Shown: positions 38,333 through 47,178 of the stretch, piece by piece | Position numbering within the stretch: position 1 is the stretch's first letter | How the letters are laid out: each line of letters opens with the position of its first letter | Assembly: GCA_019894975.1 (NCBI GenBank) | Contig: JAGXNO010000014.1 | Span: forward strand, 1 to 64,000 | DNA length: 64,000 nucleotides | Origin: Promethearchaeota archaeon | GTDB taxonomy: Archaea; Asgardarchaeota; Lokiarchaeia; Sigyniarchaeales; SOKP01 | Direction: 5' to 3' | The notes under the pieces: model-generated | The model's input: the letters and a program-made list of their open reading frames with translations, nothing else | Told to the model about the DNA's origin: nothing | Database searches by the model: none | Program-made: the position numbers and the translations under genes

Positions 38333-38788
38333 TCAAAATATAGATCTAAAACGATCCTCTGTTTTTAGTTTTAAATCTCCCAAAATTTCATTAATACGTG
38401 GTTCAAAATCTTTGAAATATTTGGGTTTTTTAGAAAAAATATCATTTAATGAATAACGGTTTAAAAAATAAGTAACAATTTCATCTAGTTGTTCTTTAAC
38501 TACTGGAACTTCTGTTCCTTTTTCTATAATGGCAAAAGATAATAGTGGTTGCTTATTTTCTGCTTCACTGCCTGGTATTTGTATCATTTCGCAGTAACAG
38601 ACTAACTTAAAGCTTGCTAGTGAGATAACATTAATATCGTCTCCAAAAACTTCACTTGTAAAACTTTCTAGTGCTGTTAAAAAACCTGCACGTAAATTTG
38701 GATCTAAGACATTATCCGAAGATGAATAATACTTAATTTCAATTAAGCTTTTCATACCGATATTAATTCCAACTTCTAAAATTGCCAT
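38333..38788 (-). CDS. Longin-like domain protein
   Basis: DPNLRAGFLTALESFTSEVF, a motif typical of Asgard longin-type proteins. Confidence 0.65.
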   Translation of the reverse strand: MAILEVGINIGMKSLIEIKYYSSSDNVLDPNLRAGFLTALESFTSEVFGDDINVISLASFKLVCYCEMIQIPGSEAENKQPLLSFAIIEKGTEVPVVKEQLDEIVTYFLNRYSLNDIFSKKPKYFKDFEPRINEILGDLKLKTEDRFRSIF

Positions 38789-38956
38789 TTTTTCTAAGGA
38801 ACTTATTTCTAACTTAAAAATATTATTAAAATTCGCTATTTTGTTTTATAGTAATAATGAAAGTTTTTATTACTATCTTTTTTTAAAAAAATTCAATTAA
38901 TTATAATTTTAATTGTTTTTAATTTTATAAAAGGTTATTATCAAATTATATTATAG

Positions 38957-39820
38957 CTATATATCTCCTATTTGGTTTTTATATGCCGTAAAGGTATTGT
39001 GGAGTAGAAAATGAACTGTAAGGGGACCAATACCCCCAGGAGAAGGAGCAATTTTACCACTTTTTTCATAAACGTCATTAAAATTTATATCTCCACATAA
39101 TTTTCCGTTGACTCTGTTGATACCTACATCGATTATTATCGCTCCTTCTTTTATTTTTTCTTTAGTTACAAAATTTGGATGGCTTACAGCTACAACTAAA
39201 ATATCTGCTCTTCTCATATGGTTTTCGATATTTATAGTTGATGTATGACATACTGAGATTGTAGCATTTCGTTTAAGCATCATAAAGATTAAAGGCTTAC
39301 CAACAAGATTTGAACGATTAACGATGACTACTTCTTTTCCTTTTAGTTCAATATTATAGTATTCTAGTAAGGTAATAATTCCCGTAGGAGTACAAGGTGC
39401 TAGGTTTTCGTCGTAATCATATAATTTACCCTTATTTACAGGAGTTAATCCATCTACGTCCTTTTTTGGAGATATAATTTCGATGTATTTTAGTGCATTT
39501 GAAGCGTGGGATTTTGGAAGAGGTAATTCTAGTAAAATACCGTGTACATTAGAATCTGAGTTAAGTTTATTGATTTCCTCTGCAATTTTCTCTTCTGAAA
39601 CATTTTCATCTAATTCTAAAATATCGGATTCAATACCTACAAGAGCCCCGGTTCTTTTCTTCATATTCAAATAAACTTTTGAAGCGGGATCATCCCCAAT
39701 TATTATGGTAACCAATTTAGGTTTAATACCTATTCTATCTACAACCTTACTTATGTCTTCCTTAAGAGATAAATTCAATTTATCAGCTAAAGCTTTTCCA
39801 TCTAAAATTTTATCTTTCAT
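38957..39820 (-). CDS. folD: Methylenetetrahydrofolate dehydrogenase/cyclohydrolase
   Basis: ILDGK, DPASKVY, KDVDG, PCTP, RSNLVGKP, IDVG, PGGIGP. Confidence 0.96.
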   Translation of the reverse strand: MKDKILDGKALADKLNLSLKEDISKVVDRIGIKPKLVTIIIGDDPASKVYLNMKKRTGALVGIESDILELDENVSEEKIAEEINKLNSDSNVHGILLELPLPKSHASNALKYIEIISPKKDVDGLTPVNKGKLYDYDENLAPCTPTGIITLLEYYNIELKGKEVVIVNRSNLVGKPLIFMMLKRNATISVCHTSTINIENHMRRADILVVAVSHPNFVTKEKIKEGAIIIDVGINRVNGKLCGDINFNDVYEKSGKIAPSPGGIGPLTVHFLLHNTFTAYKNQIGDI

Positions 39821-39908
39821 GATTAAATGTGTTGACTATTATACTTAAATATACACTCTGATTTTATTAACCTTTTAAAAACCTGCCGTTAATAACAAGG
39901 AAGAAAAT

Positions 39909-41000
39909 TTATATTCGTCGTCTCCTCCAGACGACTACCCCGATACCTGCAATTAATCCAATACTTGCCATTATAATCACTAAAATAAAGTAATTGAATT
40001 CTACCATGAAAACTTCTGAGGCTAATTTGGATAAGGAATTAAATATTTTTAAAGTTTCAAAAGCATAATAAGAAGATATAACTGAGGAGGTTAGTTGATC
40101 AGTTCCTTGAGTTAGATCAGCAAATCCTCCATCTTGAAAGTTTTGGTGATTAAGCACCCACCGTATAGTTGAGGCATCGTGTAACATAGTTTCATCAATG
40201 ATAGATATAGCTTTTACACTATAGAATGTACTACTCAATAAGGCGTAATTCGCAGTGATATCTGGTAAATATCCTCCATAGTTTTTCGTATCTGATTGAT
40301 ATTGAACAAAGAAGGTGTCCAAATACGTTAGGGTTTGATTTTCATCTGCTAATTCATTAATAACATCTAATTCATGTAAAATAGAAACAGCATAATATGT
40401 ACTAAGTATTGTAGATGATAAACTACTATTACCTCCATATCCGCCATCACTATTATTGCAATGTAAAACCCAATTCTTATGAGTTGTAATATTAGGAACG
40501 GGTTTTAGAATTAAATCATAAATTTGAACAACAAAATACGTAGAACTTATACTTGCTAATGCGGATGTATTTGAATAGGAGAATCCCCCACCAATTTGCT
40601 CAGTTTTGTTAATATAATCATAAATTCGGTCTTCTAATTCTACCTCTATCGTATAATCCAAGAGAGCCAATGATTTAAGTAAAAAATACGAATCATATAA
40701 TTCAACATCATCATTGTTAAACATTTGCTCTAAATCAGTTTCTAATTTTGTTTCAAGATCAGTAATTTCGTGAGCATTTAAACCGTACTGATCTAGGATT
40801 TCTAGAGCATAAGCTGTTGCTTCATTAAGAGGATTTGTTGCTTCAATTCCGTTTTTAAATCCTTCACCGCGAATTTCATTGCTAAAAAGAAAATCAGTTA
40901 AATAGGTTCTTCGAGTTTTAGCAAATGCAATAGGAGTCACATTCAATATTATAAAAAACACGAGGAAAATAATTGTAAAGTACCGATATTTGTTCTTCAA
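39909..41000 (-). CDS. Secreted, C-terminally membrane-anchored prenyltransferase-beta/squalene-cyclase repeat protein
   Basis: Signal peptide, repeats EQIGGGF, CNNSDGGY, YGGY and HQNFQDGGF each followed by STY-like helices, and a C-terminal TM ending WRRRRI. Confidence 0.8.
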   Translation of the reverse strand: MKNKYRYFTIIFLVFFIILNVTPIAFAKTRRTYLTDFLFSNEIRGEGFKNGIEATNPLNEATAYALEILDQYGLNAHEITDLETKLETDLEQMFNNDDVELYDSYFLLKSLALLDYTIEVELEDRIYDYINKTEQIGGGFSYSNTSALASISSTYFVVQIYDLILKPVPNITTHKNWVLHCNNSDGGYGGNSSLSSTILSTYYAVSILHELDVINELADENQTLTYLDTFFVQYQSDTKNYGGYLPDITANYALLSSTFYSVKAISIIDETMLHDASTIRWVLNHQNFQDGGFADLTQGTDQLTSSVISSYYAFETLKIFNSLSKLASEVFMVEFNYFILVIIMASIGLIAGIGVVVWRRRRI

Positions 41001-41149
41001 ATATAAAACCTAGGCTTATTATAAAATTTTAATTGTTTAAATTTATCTTGAAATTAAAAATTATCTATAAACAGAATATATTAATTAGATATCTTTTAAA
41101 ATAAGTTAAATATAAGTTTGATTAGTATTTCTTTAAAAATCTTTCATAT

Positions 41150-42673
41150 TTAAAGAATATCACTGATATCCCTATATAATAATTCTGGATTAGATTGAAA
41201 CTGTTCATATGTGATGAAAAGATTCTGAAACGAGGGTAAACTTCCTAGAATGGCTGCTCCGTTAAAAATCGTAAATTGTAAGTTGTCTGGAACAAAAAAT
41301 TTCAAAACCTTATTAGAGGCTTCCATATATTCAGTAAATTCTTGTGCGGGTGTTTTACCTTTTTCACTAGCTTCTACATCAGTTTCCTTAATACCTTCTA
41401 CTGATCTTCCACAGTATGGACAAAAAATAGAGGATATGTCTGCAATATCTTTTTTACAGAAAGGACATGTTCCTTTCTGTGATCCTTGTTTTCCATTAGG
41501 AGATAATCGATCAATTTTTATTTCTGGTAAAGCTAATCTTCCACCACATGAAGGACAATGTTCTATACCAGAAGAAAGATCAACATATGCTCCGCAATGA
41601 CTACAAGTATCGTTTTTCTTCTTCGACATTTCAGCTGCTTGAAGTTGAATCAATTCGTTTTTAACAGCAATTAAGGTTGGTTTTGGTCTTGGAATTGAAC
41701 CTAGCTGAGGGAGTACATTACCAAGTTCAGATTCAAAACGTTCCTCAAATCCACTATAAGAAAGATTTCCTCCTGAGAATACAATATGAGACAATAAATC
41801 ATGCCAGTAATTATTGTCTAATATCCTTAAACTCGTAATAATAGCATCAGGTAAATTCATGACAGTACTATACCCTAACATTCCAGGATTAAACAGCACT
41901 TCCGGAGCTTGAGAGAGAATATTATTTGGAATCTTTATTGTAGAACCATCTGGCATCGGCGTAGTAAATGTGTCGTTTGATTTAGATGGATTATTCGGAT
42001 CTAAGACGAAATAACAATTTTTTTCTTTAATTTCTTGAATAATTTCATCCACCGCACTAGATGCTATGTTTATCCCTTCTCTCATTAGTAGATTTTTTAA
42101 ATTATGATTAACATCAACACCAGCTAAAGGAAGTTTTTGTACTGAATGTTGAATCATTTGCCCGTTTATTATTGGACAAACCCAAGTAAGTCCGTCTCCT
42201 GATTCAATAACTAAACCTGTAGTTAATCCTACACTAAATAGTGATAATAGGGGGGTTGGCATCATAATCAAACTTCGGACATGATGAGTTTCAAATAAAA
42301 GTCTCGCGATATATTCCTTTGTCTCTTTATTCATGAATGGTGGTTCACAATAGAATACAGGGTAATCTGACAGATTTTCAATTCGAAGCAAACTGTAAAA
42401 AACATAATTGAGAATCTCGTAGAAACTATCCCAATCCATGATAGCGCCCCTCTCTATGGGATGTTTGATTTTAAGCACTCCTCTCATTCGAGAAACATCG
42501 TGACCGACATACATACCTCTTGCGTTTACATCAACCATTACAGCTTTATATTTTTCTGTACCTGTGATGCAAGGAAATACAAATCTAGGGCTCGGTTCTC
42601 CTGCAAACCCAACCTTTACGTAAGCGGAGCCGATATCGATTATTATTGGTGTGCCGGGTAAGGGTAATGCCAT
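41150..42673 (-). CDS. Actin-related protein with double zinc-ribbon insertion
   Basis: IIIDIGSAYVKVGFAGE, HPIERG, TGLVIESGDG, IKEKNCY, APEVLFNP, IVFSGG, GAAILGSL. Four CxxC motifs inserted near the C-terminus. Confidence 0.93.
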   Translation of the reverse strand: MALPLPGTPIIIDIGSAYVKVGFAGEPSPRFVFPCITGTEKYKAVMVDVNARGMYVGHDVSRMRGVLKIKHPIERGAIMDWDSFYEILNYVFYSLLRIENLSDYPVFYCEPPFMNKETKEYIARLLFETHHVRSLIMMPTPLLSLFSVGLTTGLVIESGDGLTWVCPIINGQMIQHSVQKLPLAGVDVNHNLKNLLMREGINIASSAVDEIIQEIKEKNCYFVLDPNNPSKSNDTFTTPMPDGSTIKIPNNILSQAPEVLFNPGMLGYSTVMNLPDAIITSLRILDNNYWHDLLSHIVFSGGNLSYSGFEERFESELGNVLPQLGSIPRPKPTLIAVKNELIQLQAAEMSKKKNDTCSHCGAYVDLSSGIEHCPSCGGRLALPEIKIDRLSPNGKQGSQKGTCPFCKKDIADISSIFCPYCGRSVEGIKETDVEASEKGKTPAQEFTEYMEASNKVLKFFVPDNLQFTIFNGAAILGSLPSFQNLFITYEQFQSNPELLYRDISDIL

Positions 42674-42752
42674 TTTAATTCAATAATTTATTTAATTTAC
42701 TTTTTCTCAATTATTTTACAAAAATTATGATTTTATAGTTTTTATAATTTTA

Positions 42753-43181
42753 TTATGTTTTCATATAGTCAAATAGTTTTTTTAAGATTTGGCTTTGAAC
42801 GATTAATCCAATTAATTGGTTATTATCATTTACAACAGGTAAACGTTGAATATTTTTAGCAAACATCAATTCTAAAATAGTTTCTAATGTGTCATTTTTT
42901 TTAACAACAAAAGGCTCAGAGGTCATTAAATCTTTAACAGTAGTGTTGGGTGTCTCCACACTCATAGCAAACCTAGCCAATCGTATATCTCTTTGAGTAA
43001 TAATTCCAATTAATTGTTTACTTTTTTGATCTTTAATTACTGGGAGCCCTCCAATCTTTTTTCTCAACATTAAAAGCTCTGTTTTACTGATCTTTTCATT
43101 TGGAGTCGTAAAAAGAGGATTTCTATTCATAATCTCTGATACTTCGATTTTACTAAAATTCTGTAAACGGTCATCCCCCAT
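42753..43181 (-). CDS. CBS-domain pair protein
   Basis: VSEIM..NP, GGLPVI, IGIITQRDI, RLPVV. Confidence 0.92.
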   Translation of the reverse strand: MGDDRLQNFSKIEVSEIMNRNPLFTTPNEKISKTELLMLRKKIGGLPVIKDQKSKQLIGIITQRDIRLARFAMSVETPNTTVKDLMTSEPFVVKKNDTLETILELMFAKNIQRLPVVNDNNQLIGLIVQSQILKKLFDYMKT

Positions 43182-43288
43182 ATTAAAACCCCATCGTTAA
43201 AATTTATCTAAAACCCTTTTCCAAAAAATAGTATATCATTTTGTTAATCTTAATGAAATAAATTATTGTCTAAATTAAAAATTATTCA

Positions 43289-43669
43289 TTAATTGGTTTT
43301 CATGCTCCCTTCAAGATTATGTTCAATTTTACTTATCTCTTTATAATACCTATTATAGACGTCTAAAAGATACTGTCCCCACTCGTTTAATTTAATCCAT
43401 CCACCTCCTCCAACTCCACCCCTATTAGTTTCTACTACAGGCTTTCCTGTTCTTTTTTCAATTCGCTTTAGAATATTCCATGCATATTTGTATGAATAAT
43501 TACACTCTTTCGCAGCTTGAGTTAATGAGCCATCTTTATTTTTTTTAATATTTTTTAGTAAATCCGCCCACCCACTCCCCAATATATTCTTATTCTCAAA
43601 TCGTAACCAAAATTTGATTCCAAAGCTGATTTTACGTTTTAGTTCCTCAATTTTGGGTTCTTTACCCAT
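43289..43669 (-). CDS. ModE-like winged-helix regulator (N-terminal domain only)
   Basis: GSLTQAAKECNYSYKYAW...RGGVGGGG..L. Confidence 0.88.
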   Translation of the reverse strand: MGKEPKIEELKRKISFGIKFWLRFENKNILGSGWADLLKNIKKNKDGSLTQAAKECNYSYKYAWNILKRIEKRTGKPVVETNRGGVGGGGWIKLNEWGQYLLDVYNRYYKEISKIEHNLEGSMKTN

Positions 43670-43771
43670 AATAATTATTTATTTTTTGGATATTAATAAT
43701 TATAGCTTTTAAAAGAAAAACATTAAAATCAAGCTAGTTTTCTTTGTTTAAAATAGATTAGGTATTAAATC

Positions 43772-44521
43772 ATGTTTGCTTTAAAGGATGATTCTGAGAA
43801 AATTGGGAGGGAAGTTATCAAAAATCTGTATTACTTCTCAGAAAATCAAATGCTTGATTGTAATCAATATGTTATTCAAAATAAGGATAATGGCGATTTA
43901 AGCTTATTTGATGCAGGGAATGCTATTTCTCTTGAAGGTTTATTTAAAGGAATGGAAAAGTTTAACTTAAAATATGAAAAAATAACTAAACTGTTTCTCA
44001 CTCATGAGCACGTAGACCATGTGTTAGGTATTTATAAATTACTAGAGAAATTAAAAGATAATCCTCCAGAGATTTATGCTTATGGAGAAACTGCAAAAAT
44101 CCTAGAAAAAGGAGAAGAAAAGAAAATTTTGCCTAGTATGTTCGGTTTGACCGCAAAGAGATTTGGTATTGAGATTAAACCATTACAAATTATTGACTTG
44201 CTGGATCTTAAAGAAATTCAACCTTCTTCTGATTTTAAATTTAAAATTTATTATACTCCTGGTCATTCATTAGGTTCAATATGCTATTACGAGCCAATAA
44301 AAAAGGTGTTAATTCCGGGTGATTTGGTCTTTACCGGAGGTAATTTTGGACGATATGATTTTCCGGGTGGTTCGTTACCGACATTAATAAATTCTATAAA
44401 GTCTATGAATAACTTAGATGTAAAATTCCTTTTGCCCGGTCATATGGGAATAAGCGAGAATGGAAATAAATCAGTAGAACTCTCATATAGAATGATTAAA
44501 TCAATGGGCACTTTCTATTAG
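43772..44521 (+). CDS. Metallo-beta-lactamase fold hydrolase
   Basis: THEHVDH, TPGHS, GDLVF, LPGH. Confidence 0.92.
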   Translation: MFALKDDSEKIGREVIKNLYYFSENQMLDCNQYVIQNKDNGDLSLFDAGNAISLEGLFKGMEKFNLKYEKITKLFLTHEHVDHVLGIYKLLEKLKDNPPEIYAYGETAKILEKGEEKKILPSMFGLTAKRFGIEIKPLQIIDLLDLKEIQPSSDFKFKIYYTPGHSLGSICYYEPIKKVLIPGDLVFTGGNFGRYDFPGGSLPTLINSIKSMNNLDVKFLLPGHMGISENGNKSVELSYRMIKSMGTFY

Positions 44522-45372
44522 CGGATTTTAAAAATCTTTTTATTTGGTTTATCTTTTTCAACAGCTTCACGCCTAATTGTCTCGGTTAGGTTTTTCTTCA
44601 AATCTTCAGCTAAAACACCTAGCTTATTTGTAGTCGCCGTGATTTCTTCCATTGAAGCTGTTTGCTGTTCAGATGATGCACTAATTTCTTCCATTGAATT
44701 ATGAGTGATTTGTATTTTATGAATAATATCATTGATTTTCCCCCCTGTTTCTAAAACAGTATTTTTTGATTCTTCCGCTAATTTCCTTACTTCGTCTGCT
44801 ACTACCGCAAATCCTCGTCCCTGATCACCTGCAGGCCCTGCTTCAATACTAGCATTCAAAGCTAATAAATTAGTTTGTTCTGATATATTTGTGATAATAT
44901 TCATGATATTTCGTAATTCATTTGACGAAATCATTACAGATTGACTATTTTCAGCAACCTCTTGAGTTGCAGATGATATTTCTTCGGATGAAGCAGATAT
45001 TTCACTAGCACTCGCAGCTAATTCTGAAGCTATATTTGAAACATTAATAGCACTTTCTGATGATGTTCTAATTATATCAGAAATAGTAGTGTCTTGATTT
45101 CTGATTATTTTTATTATTCTTAGCATAACAAAAAGAGCGGCTAAGTAATCAATAGGAATTACTGTCATTATAGCGATTAAATTGCTATTAAATACACCTA
45201 CAGCAAATTGGACTGCAAGAATCGTCATGAGGACTACAAACCATATAGCCAATGATACTTGGAGAACTAATTTGTTTCCTTTTTTCTTATAATAATAAAA
45301 ACAAAACATCATGGTACCTAGGCATATCATCACTGCAATCATTATACTTTGTTCAATAGGAATTGGTTCCAT
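44518..45372 (-). CDS. Short methyl-accepting-chemotaxis-like protein with three TM helices
   Basis: [16 protein letters not shown]...[16 protein letters not shown] signalling hairpin. Confidence 0.9.
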   Translation of the reverse strand: MEPIPIEQSIMIAVMICLGTMMFCFYYYKKKGNKLVLQVSLAIWFVVLMTILAVQFAVGVFNSNLIAIMTVIPIDYLAALFVMLRIIKIIRNQDTTISDIIRTSSESAINVSNIASELAASASEISASSEEISSATQEVAENSQSVMISSNELRNIMNIITNISEQTNLLALNASIEAGPAGDQGRGFAVVADEVRKLAEESKNTVLETGGKINDIIHKIQITHNSMEEISASSEQQTASMEEITATTNKLGVLAEDLKKNLTETIRREAVEKDKPNKKIFKIR

Positions 45373-45647
45373 AAATTTGCCACCTAATTTAAAAGATTCA
45401 TAGTGTACTCCCTATTTTAAAATACTCGCCTTATTTATGCTTTTGGTAAATATGAAAAGTTATAGAGTTGATAACAGAAATTAGTAGTCAATTATGTGCA
45501 ATTTTGAAACCTTAAGTAAAGGTGATCACCGTTAGAATATTCTATATTTAAGGTATAACAATAAGATACTAATATTTATATAAACCATCTATCTATTATT
45601 TTAATAATCCTCTTTAAATTAAAAAAAGGATGAAGAGAAGATATATT

Positions 45648-46313
45648 ATGTCTGAAAAACAAGTTAAACATCCAACTGAAATATTTTTAAGGAGTTATCC
45701 GAAAGTAATATTTTATTGGCCACTTTTGATAACATCCTTTATTCTATGGATAATTCAAGCATTAGTTACAGAAAATTCTGTGGCATTAGGATATGCTTGG
45801 TTTATTGTGTTCTTTGTTAACATTTTCGTGACTGCTTTTGATTTTTCATCAACAAAGTTCTTTGTTTTAATTCTCGCTATTATAATTGTTTTAATGATTG
45901 TTATTTTCTTGGTTTTGCCAAATTTCTCAGTTTCTCTTACTGGGATTGAAATTGATTTAGGGTTACCATGGCAATTCTATATGGTGATGACAATAATTTT
46001 AGCGTTTATATTAGGATTAGTTATACTTAGTACAAGGTTTGAATACTATAAAGTCGAAAGAAACGAGATTATCCATAAAAAAGGTATTTTTAGTTCAGCT
46101 GAGAGATTCCCTGTGAAGAGTTTAAGATTTAAGAAAGAGATTCCTGATGTCTTTGAATTCTTCATGCTTAGGGCCGGAAGCTTAACAATCATGCCCGGAA
46201 AAGCAGATGAGGTTATGATCTTACCCACAGTTCTAAATATCAGCAAAAGGGAGAAGCAGCTTGATTGGTTGCTTTCTCACGTGTCGGTTGAACCTGATGA
46301 AATAGATACTTAG
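45648..46313 (+). CDS. Membrane protein with four TM helices and a soluble C-terminal domain
   Basis: Hydrophobic helices, then EYYKVERNEIIHKKG...AGSLTI (bacterial PH-like pattern). Confidence 0.7.
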   Translation: MSEKQVKHPTEIFLRSYPKVIFYWPLLITSFILWIIQALVTENSVALGYAWFIVFFVNIFVTAFDFSSTKFFVLILAIIIVLMIVIFLVLPNFSVSLTGIEIDLGLPWQFYMVMTIILAFILGLVILSTRFEYYKVERNEIIHKKGIFSSAERFPVKSLRFKKEIPDVFEFFMLRAGSLTIMPGKADEVMILPTVLNISKREKQLDWLLSHVSVEPDEIDT

Positions 46314-46413
46314 AAATAAAAAAAAATATCCAATTTTTTTTAATATTTTACTTTTTTAATAAATAATCTATATGATCAAATTTAAGAGTTAAATCTCACT
46401 TTTAAATACACAT

Positions 46414-47139
46414 ATGTCTCATCAACCAATAGTGCTTTTTGATTTTGATGGTATTATCATTACCCAAAAGGCTTTAGAATATACAGCTTCTATTTTTTTA
46501 AAAAATAGCTTTTATAATTGGAAAAACATAGAAAAATTGAGGCTTATAGACCTCGCTCGAATGTTTGAAGAAGCAGATTCAAAGAATAGAATAAAAGCAT
46601 TATTAGGAATAATTAAAGTGTATAAACAGTATATCCCCCGTTTATGGAAAAGAATTCTTTTTTTTATGAAATTCAGAAGGGCATATCCTAAATATGAGAA
46701 ATATGAGACTTTAAAACCTGATTTAGAGGAAATATTAACCAAGTTTAAAGAGCATAACTTTATTTTAGGGATTGTTTCTAACACAAGCAAAATTCGGTTA
46801 AATCACTTTGGTGAGAAGTTTAACTTGACCAAATATTTTTCTGTATTTATTTCTCGAGACGACACACCATATAGAAAACCAAGCGCTTTTCCAATATTTG
46901 CTGCTTTAAATATAATAAAAAAGAAATTTGATATTTCGATAGAAAACAACAATGTATACTATGTAGGTGATTTACCTCATGATATTCAATGTGCTAAGAA
47001 CGCAAAAGTCGCAAGTATTGCGTTACTGTCGGGTCATGGCACTAAAGAAGGCCTTGAGAATTCAGACCCTTCCTTCATAATTAAAGATTTGAAAGATTTA
47101 TTAGAAATCAACTCATTCAAAAAATTCTTATTAGATTAA
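46414..47139 (+). CDS. HAD-family hydrolase
   Basis: LFDFDG, GIVSN, RKP, YVGD..HDI. Confidence 0.9.
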   Translation: MSHQPIVLFDFDGIIITQKALEYTASIFLKNSFYNWKNIEKLRLIDLARMFEEADSKNRIKALLGIIKVYKQYIPRLWKRILFFMKFRRAYPKYEKYETLKPDLEEILTKFKEHNFILGIVSNTSKIRLNHFGEKFNLTKYFSVFISRDDTPYRKPSAFPIFAALNIIKKKFDISIENNNVYYVGDLPHDIQCAKNAKVASIALLSGHGTKEGLENSDPSFIIKDLKDLLEINSFKKFLLD

Positions 47140-47178
47140 AAATTACATTCCTTTATAGATATTTAATTTTTAATTAAA

